Assembly (NCBI GenBank): GCA_044070495.1
Contig: JBIPSI010000005.1
Span: 115,565 to 179,564 of the forward strand
Length of the DNA stretch: 64,000 nt
Source: Spirulina sp.
GTDB taxonomy: Bacteria; Cyanobacteriota; Cyanobacteriia; Phormidesmidales; Phormidesmidaceae
Direction of reading: 5' to 3'
Below, in pieces: positions 45,578-56,056 of this stretch (positions are counted from its first letter, which is position 1; every line of letters begins with the position of its first letter). The translations under genes were made by a program, and so were the position numbers. The notes under the pieces were generated by a model. That model worked only from the letters and a program-made list of their open reading frames with translations, was not told the origin of the DNA and did no database searches.

Positions 45578-47986
45578 TTACTGAAGAGACGGGTTAGGTA
45601 GTAGGTCGATGCCGCTGCGGATGCGGAACCCCGCAAAGGATTCCCGCAGTTGATTGCGCTGTTGGAAGGTAAAGCCCATCCGCACATTGGGCAGCGCCTC
45701 AAAGTCGTAGAACACCTCCAGCACATCGGGGGTCAGCCCATTGACCGAGGCGGAGGGCAGATTGCGCCCGTAGGCCAGCCCCAGGCGATCCTCATTCATA
45801 AACACGTCAAAGGCGTTCATCCCCAAGCTGTAGGTGCTACCGGAAAATCCGCCGCTACTGTTCAACTGGCCGTAGCGACCAAAGAAGCCCAGATTGGTCT
45901 GGGGCAAAAACCACTCCGCGTTGACCCCGTAGGCATCCAACCGATCCCCGGTGCCCTGGAAATCCGTATCCCGCCCGGTGAGGAAGGTGCCGCGCAAAAT
46001 CAAATCTCCAGTGCGTAGGCTCACTTCCCCGGCAAAGCCATCCAGGGCAAAGTCCGTGATATTGGCCGCCGAGGAAAAGGCGGAGGCACTGAGGGTGAGG
46101 TCATCGTTTAATGACCACTGCACCAAACCCCCAGGCCGAGATGCCGTGGCATTGGCCCCAGCAATGAGGGCGGGATTGGTGTGGAAGGTGGAGTTAAAGA
46201 AGTCGCGACCCACGTCTTTCGCAAAGCTGTTGCGATCAAAGTAGGAGGTGATGTCCAGTTGCCCCAGGCGGAACCGCAGCCCAGGCACTCCGGGCACCGC
46301 CGCCGCCACATAGAGTTCCGTGAGCTGCACCCCGTCGCTATTGGTTAGATCCGGGCCAGTCACCAAGTCGAGGGCACCCCCCACCAGCAGATTCGGTGTT
46401 AAAAACGTGCTGCCCGACAATCGCGCCCGCGCCGAAGACTGCCCTGCCTGAAGCACATACAGCCCTTCCAGGTTCAAGCTCGTTGCGGTCACCGCCTGAT
46501 TAGGATCCTCCAGGGCGGGGGCCACGGCCATCCCGTTGGTGGAAACGGTGGGCGAAGGAGCCCCAGGTAAGGGGGCTGTGGGCTGGGGAAATTGGGCCGT
46601 TGTGGGCGGCAGGGAACCTGCCCCTGGGAAGGGCATCCCGTTGGCGGATGGAAATCCTACCCCAGGGCTAGCAGGCACTGACGTGCTGGGGGGGAGTAAC
46701 TGTGTGGGGGCACCCGATCCTGGCACCCTTGGTAGGGCGGGTACCGCCAGCGGGGTCGAGGTTGGCGGTGGTTCAATTTGGGCATAGGGCTGCACGCCTA
46801 GGGTCGGAACTGGGGTGCCTACTGCACCATAGCCATTCCCCCCTGGGGCAGGGCCGCCGTAGGGATAGGCCATGGGGGTTCCCATACCTGCCCCTGGTAA
46901 GGTGCCGTAGGGCGAGATAGGCGCATAGCCCACCATGCCGTTGGGCCAAGCGCCGCCATTGGGAACAGCCCCCATGGGTGCCCCATAGGGCATCGGCATC
47001 CCGTAGGCTGGCGTCCCAGGCAGGGGCATTCCCAGGGCCGCACCGGGCATAGGATAACCCGGCAGCGAGGCCCCGGAGGGAACCCACACCATCATCCACA
47101 TGCCTCCCCCCATGGGCGCTCCGGGATATCCCGACATCGCCGTGGGCATCCCTGGCACCGCTGGCATCCCTGGCACCACACCGCCTGCCCCCTGGGCCAT
47201 GGCCCAAGGCACCACCGTACCGCTCGGATAACCACTCGCCGCCGGGGATGAGGGATTAGGCAGAGGTGAGCCTCCGACCGGGAACGCGCCCACGGGAAAG
47301 GCCACCAACGCCCCGGCAGGATAGCCCGCCGGGAGGCCGGGAACCAGGCTGGCATAGCCGGATTCTGGAGAACCCTGATTCCAGTTCACCGCATTCCCTG
47401 GGTTTCCGGTTGCGGTGGTTTGGGGAATGGCCTGAGCCAGGGTCGGAACGGCCATCTCCTCCGCTTGGGGCCAGGAATCACGGGGCGCAACGGCGGACGC
47501 TGGCCCACCATCGATGGCCTCAGCCCTAGCCAGGGTGACCACCGAGGATCTGACGCCATTCTCGCCCGTTGCTAGAGCCCCTTCTCCTTCAGCCATCTCA
47601 GCGGTGTGGCTGGGCGCTGCGGTCGTTGAATCGGTGGCGGCTGGAGTGCTAACCAGAGTCTCCGCCGCCAGCCCCACCGAGGGTTCAGGCTCCAAGGCCG
47701 CAGGTTCGTCCACCAAGGGTTCGTCCGCCAAGGGTTCGTCCGCCAAGGGCTCAACGGCTAGGGAACTCACCTCATCATCAGAACCGAATGCCAGGGCAGC
47801 ATCGGGGAGAGGATCCGCTGTCGGCATCCACGGAACGACGATTTCAATGTCCTCAGCTTGTTCTACCTCTAGGCCCGCTTCCTCCGCCTGGGCAACGCCC
47901 GCAAAGCCAGTGACCAAAATACATAGCGAAATCCATCCTGTGAGGTAACGATAAAACATGTAAGAGGATTTACGGCTTGGGGGCAT
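45578..47986 (-). CDS. Outer-membrane carbohydrate-porin-like (OprB-like) beta-barrel with long low-complexity N-terminal region
   Basis: Signal peptide ending AQA-E; C-terminal ~310 aa of amphipathic beta strands with GQLDITSYFDRNSFAKD, FGRYG, LEVFYDF. Confidence 0.75.
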   Translation of the reverse strand: MPPSRKSSYMFYRYLTGWISLCILVTGFAGVAQAEEAGLEVEQAEDIEIVVPWMPTADPLPDAALAFGSDDEVSSLAVEPLADEPLADEPLVDEPAALEPEPSVGLAAETLVSTPAATDSTTAAPSHTAEMAEGEGALATGENGVRSSVVTLARAEAIDGGPASAVAPRDSWPQAEEMAVPTLAQAIPQTTATGNPGNAVNWNQGSPESGYASLVPGLPAGYPAGALVAFPVGAFPVGGSPLPNPSSPAASGYPSGTVVPWAMAQGAGGVVPGMPAVPGMPTAMSGYPGAPMGGGMWMMVWVPSGASLPGYPMPGAALGMPLPGTPAYGMPMPYGAPMGAVPNGGAWPNGMVGYAPISPYGTLPGAGMGTPMAYPYGGPAPGGNGYGAVGTPVPTLGVQPYAQIEPPPTSTPLAVPALPRVPGSGAPTQLLPPSTSVPASPGVGFPSANGMPFPGAGSLPPTTAQFPQPTAPLPGAPSPTVSTNGMAVAPALEDPNQAVTATSLNLEGLYVLQAGQSSARARLSGSTFLTPNLLVGGALDLVTGPDLTNSDGVQLTELYVAAAVPGVPGLRFRLGQLDITSYFDRNSFAKDVGRDFFNSTFHTNPALIAGANATASRPGGLVQWSLNDDLTLSASAFSSAANITDFALDGFAGEVSLRTGDLILRGTFLTGRDTDFQGTGDRLDAYGVNAEWFLPQTNLGFFGRYGQLNSSGGFSGSTYSLGMNAFDVFMNEDRLGLAYGRNLPSASVNGLTPDVLEVFYDFEALPNVRMGFTFQQRNQLRESFAGFRIRSGIDLLPNPSLQ

Positions 47987-48157
47987 GATAGCTAATGTCT
48001 CCGTATATCGCGGTTTTTACAATACTGGCCTAAGCTTGGGCCTAGCCTAGGGGTCGGCAGGATGTTGTCGTAGCTAGGAGGTTAACGTTTAATCGGCTGA
48101 CCACGCTAGCCCTACATGTTCTACATGAATGATTGTTGTTGCTCCGTAAAGGTTCTT

Positions 48158-48898
48158 ATGAAAAAAACTCTTCTTCTTATACCAATTGCCCTGATTATCC
48201 TTCTCAATACCGCCTGTAGCCTGATCAACGTTGGCTTTTCACAATCTTCTCCAACCAGTGGCGATCTCCTCACCATTGATCAGGTTGCCGAAACGGGAGA
48301 GCCAGGCCGATTTCTCCTTTCTGGCAAAGCCACGCTGCCGGGGGAAGCAGACCTGACGGTATCTGCGGTGCGCCGCCTCAACCCGGCTGATGGCGATGCT
48401 GAGAGTGGGGCACCCTCCCTCTACGGCATCCTAGACCGAAAAACCGCCACCCTGGACGAGGGCCGTTGGCAAGCCACCTTGATGCTCTGGGAACCCAGCG
48501 CAGCGGGCTACTACCAAGAACCCTGGCAGAGGCCCGAAACTCCCCTGGTAGAGACTGCTCGCCCAGATGCCACCGTTGACTTCTTGCTAACCGTCGAGCC
48601 AGAGGAATTTGAGCGGTCGGTTCGTCCAGTTATCCCAAGACGGTTAGAGACAGCCATTAACGACCTACTGTATTTCACCCCCGACGGAGAACCTTACCTA
48701 CGGGTCAGCGCGGCCCAACCGATTCCGGTTCCTACGAATATTCAAGCGGTTCGTCTAGAGGAAACACCGTCAGCAACCTCTCCCTGGGAAGGACGTGCAG
48801 CCTTAGATAACACGAATACAGCCATCGAAACGACCCCAGATAGCCCGTTTTTCCAGGAAGATAATCTGCCCATCAGTCAAAACCGTCTGATGCGATAG
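48158..48898 (+). CDS. Hypothetical lipoprotein
   Basis: MKK + hydrophobic stretch + NTAC lipobox. Confidence 0.7.
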   Translation: MKKTLLLIPIALIILLNTACSLINVGFSQSSPTSGDLLTIDQVAETGEPGRFLLSGKATLPGEADLTVSAVRRLNPADGDAESGAPSLYGILDRKTATLDEGRWQATLMLWEPSAAGYYQEPWQRPETPLVETARPDATVDFLLTVEPEEFERSVRPVIPRRLETAINDLLYFTPDGEPYLRVSAAQPIPVPTNIQAVRLEETPSATSPWEGRAALDNTNTAIETTPDSPFFQEDNLPISQNRLMR

Positions 48899-48931
48899 GC
48901 CGTGACAACCCAGGCATAATCTTGATGCCAT

Positions 48932-48956
48932 AAAGCCTGGCTTGGAACCAGGCTTT
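48932..48956. terminator. Possible bidirectional hairpin terminator
   Basis: aaagcctgg-cttggaa-ccaggcttt between convergent genes. Confidence 0.55.
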
Positions 48957-49234
48957 GACGATTTATACCAGATCCTCGCGGCTTACCCCTGACTCAACCA
49001 CTGTTCAAACGTCGGATACCGATCAAGCTGAGCCTGTCGCGCACACCGTAGCTCCCGGAGGAAGCAAGCCTCAATGCGTTGGGGGATCTTTGGGTTCCGA
49101 TTGAGTCGCATACCTACGGTCTACCATTAACCCAGCCTAGGGGTTCCTATATACGCGCCAAAACCCCGCCTAGATCGCTTCTGTCCTCCGGGTTTGCCGA
49201 TGGAACAAAATATTCAGGCAGGGTTGGTCGGGAT

Positions 49235-49936
49235 TTAGGCCGCCATCTGAGTTGAGGAACGGCTACGGAGTTCCTCGACTTGGCGAGACAATTGCTGAAT
49301 CTGGCTCAGCAGACTCTCCAGAGGCTCCTGTTCGGCAACGACGGGAGCTACCGAAGGACGACTTTCAAAACCCTTGCCAACTTGGGAAAGGCCAGAAGCG
49401 GCGGGCTTCATCGCATGGGCCAGCTTAGCGGGGCTCGGTTCCGGCGGCGCAATGCGATGCATAGGAATCACCGGTTCAGCGTCAACAATTTCAATGTTGC
49501 TCTTAGGAACCCTGGTGGGCCGGGGAGCCGGGGAGGCCGCCCAAGAGGTACTATCGGCTTGCAAGAATTGGCTTAAATCTTGGGTGCGTAGGCGCGCTTC
49601 GGAGAACTTGATGCGCTCCAACTCGGCCTTATGGACATCTAGGCTTTTCGATAGGTCTGCATTGGTTGCAACGGTGTTGGAGAGCTTCCGGGCGGAGCTG
49701 CGCCAGCCCAAAATGCCAAAAACGCCTACTCCGACAGCCGCGCTCACCCCTCCCGCTACCGCAAGGTAGGGTGCGGCCAAGTACTGTAATTCAGAGGTAA
49801 AAATCGGCTGATTTTGAATCTCAACGTTAACAACATTTGATTTCAGGGCGGCGAAGGGCAGTGCCGTAGCGGAGAAGATAATCCCAGTGACACAGGTAGA
49901 CGCGAGTAAGGATTGGGCAAAGGATGACTGACTCAT
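49235..49936 (-). CDS. Hypothetical membrane protein with two N-terminal hydrophobic segments and coiled coils
   Basis: 233-aa ORF; long AT-richer upstream region. Confidence 0.65.
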   Translation of the reverse strand: MSQSSFAQSLLASTCVTGIIFSATALPFAALKSNVVNVEIQNQPIFTSELQYLAAPYLAVAGGVSAAVGVGVFGILGWRSSARKLSNTVATNADLSKSLDVHKAELERIKFSEARLRTQDLSQFLQADSTSWAASPAPRPTRVPKSNIEIVDAEPVIPMHRIAPPEPSPAKLAHAMKPAASGLSQVGKGFESRPSVAPVVAEQEPLESLLSQIQQLSRQVEELRSRSSTQMAA

Positions 49937-50332
49937 ATGTTGAAAACCTATTGAAACCTAAAGCTGAAGTCAATGGGTGGAGAGGGCAAGACCTGTAATG
50001 ACGATGTAAGGTGTTACCGAATTCAAGAATTAAGTCGCTGAGTAATGGGCTTAGAGGATCCACAACTATCAGGTAGTGATGGGGTCATGGTGTGCGGGGT
50101 CCAAGTCTTCTGTATGTTTAACGGTGAGGTTATGGAAGCTTAGGAGAGCCGGAGTAGATGTCCTTGCTATCTACAGTACTGACTGCACCGAGTCAATATG
50201 TAAAAAGACTGTAAGGTCTGTTTTCTCACCAATAAAGGGAAATTAAGGATGCCAGCGCTTGGGCAATTTTCTACGCCTATTTTTTCAAAACAAGCGTAGT
50301 TTTACGGAACGCGGCGATTTCCTTGCCCAAAG

Positions 50333-50373
50333 CCTCAATCCCCCTGACTCACCGGAGATCAGGGGGATTGAGG
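50333..50373. terminator. Hairpin downstream of dcd
   Basis: cctcaatccccctga...tcagggggattgagg inverted repeat. Confidence 0.6.
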
Positions 50374-50400
50374 CTTTGGAAGAGCGATCTTGTTGAGGGG

Positions 50401-51000
50401 CTAGACCTTAGCCAAGGTTACCCGCTCTTCTTGATCTTGGTATTTACCCCGCCGAGTTTCGTAGCTGACTTGGCAGGGTTCGCCTTCAAAGAAAATCAGT
50501 TGCACCACTCCTTCTCCGGCATAGATGCGGCAGTCGGCACTGGAGGAGTTGGAAAATTCTAGGGTGAGATGGCCGCGCCAGCCCGCTTCAGCGGGGGTCA
50601 GATTGGCGATGATGCCGCATCTTGCATAGGTAGATTTACCTATGCAGATTACACTAATATTATCAGGCACCGCAATTTTTTCTAAGGCCACCCCCAGCCC
50701 GTAGGAGTGGGCGGGCAGGATGAAGTAGTCGCCCTGGTCGTCAGACTTGAGTTCCGTCGGTTCTAGGTTGGCGGGGCTAAAGTTTTTTGGATCAACCACG
50801 GTGCCGGGAATATGGCGGAAAATGCGAAATTCTGCCGGAGACAGGCGAATATCGTAACCGTAGGAGGACAAGCCGTAACTAATGACGGGATGCTGTCCGG
50901 GTAGTCCTTCTCGTTCAACGTGGCGCACCAAGCTGGGCTGAAAGGGCTGAATCATGCCCTCCTGGGCCATTTTGCTAATCCAGGCATCGTTTTTAATCAT
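50401..51000 (-). CDS. dcd: dCTP deaminase
   Basis: ISYGLSSYGYDIRL, GKSTYARCG, GW.GHLTLE, KYQDQ. Confidence 0.96.
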   Translation of the reverse strand: MIKNDAWISKMAQEGMIQPFQPSLVRHVEREGLPGQHPVISYGLSSYGYDIRLSPAEFRIFRHIPGTVVDPKNFSPANLEPTELKSDDQGDYFILPAHSYGLGVALEKIAVPDNISVICIGKSTYARCGIIANLTPAEAGWRGHLTLEFSNSSSADCRIYAGEGVVQLIFFEGEPCQVSYETRRGKYQDQEERVTLAKV

Positions 51001-51140
51001 GGTGTCGCAGATTTCAGCGGGGGCGCGTTGGGCAGGGGGTTGCAGTTCGATCTGTCGGGGGGCTAATGCAGCCTTATATCCTAATGGCGAAAGACGCCGC
51101 GATGAGGTTATTCCAACCTTAGAAGCAACGTCCTGTAGGG

Positions 51141-51695
51141 CTAGGGCAAAAAGTTGCGTCGAAATTCCGTCACCTGATCCGCCACTCTTAGGAGCGATTC
51201 CGGCATTTCTGGGCCTGTGAGGATAATGTCGATCTGGGGTGGACGGTGGCGTAGCAGGGAAGCCACCTCGTCGGCGGAAATCAGGTCGTAGTGGACGGCG
51301 AGGCTGAGTTCATCCAGCACCACTAGCCCGTAACGGCCTTTGTTGACAACCGTTTGGGTGTGCTGCCACAGGTCGGCCACCGCTTGCTGAGCCTCGGGGC
51401 TAACGGGGGCTTCGTGGAGGCAGTAGGGCAGGGCACAGCGAACCCAGTCTAGGTTTTGGCCTAGCTGCATGGGATGGTTGGGGCCTTGATCTATCCCCCC
51501 TTTGAGAAATTGCACCACGAGGGAGGGCTTACCCTGTTCAGCGGTACGCAGGGCTTGGGCCATCACATTGGTAAAAAAGTTGCGGTGGGCCGAGGTATAG
51601 ACCTGTACCGTTCCCTCAATGGTTTGGAGCAAGGGATGACGGAGCACGGTGGGAGACGACGGAGCAGGGGCCGTCACTTTGAGTTGGGAAACCAT
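51141..51695 (-). CDS. CobO/BtuR-like P-loop family protein with degenerate P-loop
   Basis: GTVQVYT, VVQFLKGG, LVVLDEL, IILTG, ADQVTE; lacks GxGKGKT. Confidence 0.75.
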   Translation of the reverse strand: MVSQLKVTAPAPSSPTVLRHPLLQTIEGTVQVYTSAHRNFFTNVMAQALRTAEQGKPSLVVQFLKGGIDQGPNHPMQLGQNLDWVRCALPYCLHEAPVSPEAQQAVADLWQHTQTVVNKGRYGLVVLDELSLAVHYDLISADEVASLLRHRPPQIDIILTGPEMPESLLRVADQVTEFRRNFLP

Positions 51696-51896
51696 CGGGC
51701 GGGGGCAGTGTCTAGAAACGCTGAACTAAATAAGCTGGGCTAAATATAGCGTACTTTCTAGGGGTTATACCGTGACTAGACGCCATATGTAATGAGAGTT
51801 GATGGAACTATCGACCCCGCAACGGAGGAGAAAAACACCGCCCAGCGCCAGGGGCCTGCTGTATCCTAGGGGACGACCTGATTTTCCCTGCTTCCT

Positions 51897-52619
51897 ATGG
51901 TTTGGCAACGCCCGGACGGTCGTGCATCCGATCAACTGCGCCCGGTGAATTTTCAACGACGGTTCACTAAGTTTGCCGAGGGGTCGGTGTTGACCCGCTG
52001 CGGCGAGACCCAGGTGCTTTGTACGGTAGTGGTGGAAGAGGGGGTACCCAAGTTTTTACAGGGCACAGGCCGAGGCTGGCTAACGGCGGAATATCGGATG
52101 TTGCCGGGGGCCACTCCCCAGCGCCAAACCCGCGAAATGCTGAAGCTATCGGGCCGTACCCAGGAAATTCAGCGACTCATTGGCCGCAGTTTACGCGCCG
52201 CCTTGGATTTTGATCTGCTGGGAGAACGGACGCTACTGGTGGATACCGATGTGTTGCAGGCCGATGCGGGCACGCGCACGGCCTCCATTACCGGGGGCTA
52301 TGTGGCGTTGCAGGATGCGATTGATGCTCTGTTGCAGCGGGGTCTTTTGGAGCAGTCGCCCCTAGTGCACCAAGTGGCGGCGGTGTCGGTGGGGCTGTTG
52401 GAGGGGGAAGCGTTCCTCGACCTCAACTATCAAGAGGACGTGGCCGCTGCGGTGGACTTTAACCTCGTCCTCAACGAAGACCTCGCCATCATTGAAATGC
52501 AGGGCACCGCCGAGGAAGGCAGCTTTAGCCGTCACCAAATGAACCAAATCCTCGACCTAGGCGAGCGGGGCATTCAGCAGCTCATGACGGCCCAGCGAGA
52601 GGCCTTGGCCATGCCCTAG
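51897..52619 (+). CDS. rph: Ribonuclease PH
   Basis: [50 protein letters not shown]. Confidence 0.97.
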   Translation: MVWQRPDGRASDQLRPVNFQRRFTKFAEGSVLTRCGETQVLCTVVVEEGVPKFLQGTGRGWLTAEYRMLPGATPQRQTREMLKLSGRTQEIQRLIGRSLRAALDFDLLGERTLLVDTDVLQADAGTRTASITGGYVALQDAIDALLQRGLLEQSPLVHQVAAVSVGLLEGEAFLDLNYQEDVAAAVDFNLVLNEDLAIIEMQGTAEEGSFSRHQMNQILDLGERGIQQLMTAQREALAMP

Positions 52620-52693
52620 GGAATCTGCCTAGTTTGGCCCCCCATGGCGGATAGAATGCGTTAGCGTCGAAGGGAACCCTCGATGCTAACAGG

Positions 52694-54148
52694 ATGGAAC
52701 GACGGCAGTTTTTGGCGCTCATGGCAGCGATGGCGGGCACTCCGCTGGTGGCTCGGTGTGCGCGGTTTGGGTCAACCATGGCCATGCCTACGGTCTACCG
52801 TAGTGAGGCGGGTCTCCTCGATCTTGACCTCACGGCCAGCCTGGGGCGGGTCTCCCTGGGCGGACGCTCGGCCACGCTGATGACCTACAACCAGCAAGTC
52901 CCTGGCCCCCAGCTTGAGGTGAAACCAGGGGATCGGGTGCAAATTCGCTTCACCAATGCCTTCGATCAGCCCACCAACCTGCACTACCACGGGCTGCACC
53001 TGCCACCCACGAGTTTGGCTGACGATCCCTTTCGCACCGTAGCCCCAGGGGAAACGGCGCTGTACGACTTCCAAATTCCCAACCAGCACCCCAGCGGCTT
53101 CTTTTGGTATCACCCCCATTTCCATGGCCTGGTGGCGCAGCAGGTGTTCCATGGCCTAGCGGGAACAATTCTGGTGCGGGGGGAAGACGAACCGCCTGAA
53201 TTGGCATCGGCTCAGGAAGCGGTGCTGGTGCTGCAAGATTTCGACCTCAACCGTCGCGGCAATGTGCAGGAACCGACGCCGCCTTTTCGCATGTGGGGAC
53301 GGCAGGGGGATTTGATCACCGTCAACGGTCAACTTCAGCCTCGGTTTGGCTTGCCCCAGGGCGGTTTGCTGCGGCTGCGGATTCTCAACGCCTCGGCCTC
53401 CCGCGTGTATCAGATCCAGTTGGCGGATCATCCCTGGTGGTTAGCGGCGACGGACGGACTGACCTTAGCGGCTCCGGTGGCCCAAAATGCGGTGGTTTTG
53501 GCCCCTGGGGAACGGGCGGATCTGCTTGTGCCGGGGGATCAGCCTCCCGGCAGCTATGCCCTGCTGAGCTTGCCCTACGACCGAGGTATTGCCGTCATGG
53601 CTGGATCGATGATGGGCCACGGGTCAATGATGGGGCGTGGGACAGGCGACACGGAGGAACCCCAAACCATCGCCACCCTGGACTATGGTGGAACGGAGGC
53701 CAGCGACACGGGGAGTCCTACCTTGGTCAACCTACCCACGACCTTAGGAACCGTGGAAGCTCTGCCGGAACCTGCCATCGTGCGGGAATTCATCTTTGAC
53801 CACGGCATCGACCCCGAAACCCACGATCCTTTTCTCATCAACGGTCGCGCCTTTGGCCACCATCGGGTAGATGTGCAGGCCCAGGTGGGCACCGTGGAGG
53901 ATTGGGTGCTGATCAACAAGGCGGGGATGGATCACCCCTTTCACCTGCATACCAACTGGTTTCAGGTCATCAGCCGCAATGGCCAGCCGGAACCGCTGCG
54001 GGCCTGGAAGGATGTCGTCAATCTGCGCCCCTACGAAACCGTGCGCATCCGCGTTCCTTTTCGCGACTTTACAGGCAAAACCGTCTACCACTGCCACATC
54101 CTTGACCACGAAGACCAGGGCATGATGGGGATTGTGGAGATGGTGTGA
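52694..54148 (+). CDS. Tat-exported multicopper oxidase (CueO-like)
   Basis: MERRQFL twin-Arg signal; HYHG, WYHPH, HPFHLH and HCHILDHEDQGMM copper motifs; Met-rich insert. Confidence 0.93.
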   Translation: MERRQFLALMAAMAGTPLVARCARFGSTMAMPTVYRSEAGLLDLDLTASLGRVSLGGRSATLMTYNQQVPGPQLEVKPGDRVQIRFTNAFDQPTNLHYHGLHLPPTSLADDPFRTVAPGETALYDFQIPNQHPSGFFWYHPHFHGLVAQQVFHGLAGTILVRGEDEPPELASAQEAVLVLQDFDLNRRGNVQEPTPPFRMWGRQGDLITVNGQLQPRFGLPQGGLLRLRILNASASRVYQIQLADHPWWLAATDGLTLAAPVAQNAVVLAPGERADLLVPGDQPPGSYALLSLPYDRGIAVMAGSMMGHGSMMGRGTGDTEEPQTIATLDYGGTEASDTGSPTLVNLPTTLGTVEALPEPAIVREFIFDHGIDPETHDPFLINGRAFGHHRVDVQAQVGTVEDWVLINKAGMDHPFHLHTNWFQVISRNGQPEPLRAWKDVVNLRPYETVRIRVPFRDFTGKTVYHCHILDHEDQGMMGIVEMV

Positions 54149-54178
54149 TCTTGTGGGACAACATTACTTACCCTGCAT

Positions 54179-54396
54179 AAGGTCAGGTCGGGTTAGACAT
54201 AGTGACCAGATCCCCTGGTAGCCCACCCTGACGGGAAGCAAGCTACACCCTAAATCCCTCTCCCTTGGGGAGAGGGACTTTGAACCTTCTAGCTCCCCTC
54301 TCCCGGAGAGGAGAGGGGCTGGGGGTGAGGGCTAAAGTGCAAGTCGAAAGTAGGTTTCTAAAGATGACATTCCTGGGGTTATCCCGAACTCAGGTT
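54179..54396. mobile_element. Degenerate MITE-like element containing a family A palindrome
   Basis: Right end GGTTATCCCGAACTCAGGTT matches the TIR of 59164-59361; left end degenerate (aaggtcaggtcgggttagac). Confidence 0.55.
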
Positions 54397-54516
54397 ACAC
54401 AAGGTTGGCAAACTGCCCTAAAACCCTTGATTTTCAAGCCTTGGCGGGGTCTTAGGATGTCAGGAAATGCTGTATACTCCCTTGTGCAGCACCACGCCTA
54501 GAGGGAGCCTACTGCC

Positions 54517-55890
54517 ATGGTTGCCGTTGCCATTCTCGCCGCCGGACGCGGCACCCGCATGAAGTCTGACCTGCCGAAGGTTTTGCACTCGGTGGGGGGT
54601 AAATCTATGGTGGAACGGGTGTTGGACGGGTTGGCGGCCATCCAGCCGGAGCGCATTTTCGTCATCGTCGGCTTTGGCCAGGAGAAGGTGCGGTTGGCCT
54701 TGGCCCACATCCCAAACTTAACCTTTGTTCACCAGACCGAGCAGTTGGGGACAGGCCATGCGGTGCAGCAGGTGATTCCCCACCTAGAAGGCTTTGAGGG
54801 CGATCTACTGGTGCTGAACGGCGATGTGCCCCTGTTGCGGCCCGAAACCATCTACACCCTGGTGCAAACCCACCGAGACAACCAGAATGCAGCGACGTTA
54901 TTAACGGCCCAATTTGCCGACCCCACGGGCTATGGTCGGGTGTTCTGTACCGAGCAAAGCATCGTCACCGAAATTGTGGAACACCGGGATTGCAGCCCCG
55001 CCCAGCGGCAAAATCCCCGCATCAATGCCGGGGTCTACTGCTTTAACTGGCCCAAGCTGATGACGGTGCTGCCCCACCTGCAATCGGACAACGATCAGCA
55101 GGAATATTACCTGACGGACGTGGTGAAGGATCTCAGCCCTGCGATGGCCGTGGATGTGGCCGACTGCCAGGAAATCTTTGGCATCAACAGCCGTCAACAA
55201 CTAGCGGAAGCCTACGCCATTTTGCAAGATCGCATCAAAACCCAGTGGATGGCCGCTGGTGTCACCCTGATTGACCCCGACAGCATCACCATCGACACCA
55301 CCGTCCACATCGAACCGGACGTGGTGATTGAACCCCAAACCCACCTGCGCGGCAAAACCTCCATCGGCACCGGAAGCCGCATTGGCCCCGGCTCCATGGT
55401 TGAAAACAGCCAAATTGGGTCAAATACCACCATCACCTTTTCCGTGATTACCGACAGCACCGTGGAGGCCGGAGCCAGGGTTGGCCCCTATGCCCACCTG
55501 CGCGGCCATGCTGTTGTTGGGGAAAACTGCCGCATCGGCAACTTTGTGGAACTGAAAAAAGCCACCCTCGGCAAAGGCACCAACGTGGCCCACCTGTCTT
55601 ACCTGGGCGATGCCACCCTGGGCGAAAAGGTAAACGTCGGTGCAGGCACCATCACCGCCAACTACGACGGCTACAAAAAACACCCGACCATCATCGGCGA
55701 CCGCACCAAAACCGGGTCAAACAGCGTCCTAGTGGCCCCCATCACCGTGGGATCCGATGTCACCATCGCCGCTGGTTCCGTGGTGCGAAAAGATGTCCCC
55801 GATGATTGTCTGGTGGTCTCCCGTGCGCCCCAAAAAATCCACGAAGGCTGGAAACCCGCCCACCTGCGGGAGGCTTCGTCCGCTGATTAA
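54517..55890 (+). CDS. glmU: Bifunctional UDP-GlcNAc pyrophosphorylase/glucosamine-1-P acetyltransferase
   Basis: [37 protein letters not shown], hexapeptide repeats, HLSYLGDA. Confidence 0.98.
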   Translation: MVAVAILAAGRGTRMKSDLPKVLHSVGGKSMVERVLDGLAAIQPERIFVIVGFGQEKVRLALAHIPNLTFVHQTEQLGTGHAVQQVIPHLEGFEGDLLVLNGDVPLLRPETIYTLVQTHRDNQNAATLLTAQFADPTGYGRVFCTEQSIVTEIVEHRDCSPAQRQNPRINAGVYCFNWPKLMTVLPHLQSDNDQQEYYLTDVVKDLSPAMAVDVADCQEIFGINSRQQLAEAYAILQDRIKTQWMAAGVTLIDPDSITIDTTVHIEPDVVIEPQTHLRGKTSIGTGSRIGPGSMVENSQIGSNTTITFSVITDSTVEAGARVGPYAHLRGHAVVGENCRIGNFVELKKATLGKGTNVAHLSYLGDATLGEKVNVGAGTITANYDGYKKHPTIIGDRTKTGSNSVLVAPITVGSDVTIAAGSVVRKDVPDDCLVVSRAPQKIHEGWKPAHLREASSAD

Positions 55891-55927
55891 CCAATCCCAA
55901 ACCCTGGTTGATTACTTCAGTTTGGGT

Positions 55928-55950
55928 GGGCGAGGAAACCTCGCCCCTAC
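55928..55950 (-). repeat. GTAG-type REP-like hairpin
   Basis: Minus strand GTAGGGGCGAGGTTTCCTCGCCC; degenerate GTAG hairpins also at 27013-27031 and 23809-23825. Confidence 0.6.
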
Positions 55951-56056
55951 CTGAGGTTGAATCCGTTGAGGTCGGGGGCATGGGATGCGGTCTAACCGCG
56001 CAATAGGATGACTCTCCATGGCGTGGGCTTCGTGCCTAGGTGTCGTGGCCCTTGCC

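Noticed and set aside
48960..49230. Intergenic stretch considered as an ncRNA or riboswitch
   Set aside because: Lies between convergent 3' ends; no recognisable Rfam-like motif beyond a terminator hairpin and a micro-repeat core
54334..54516. Possible tRNA or integration site upstream of glmU
   Set aside because: No cloverleaf or T-loop GTTCRA; explained by the MITE end and promoter-like sequence (TATACT)
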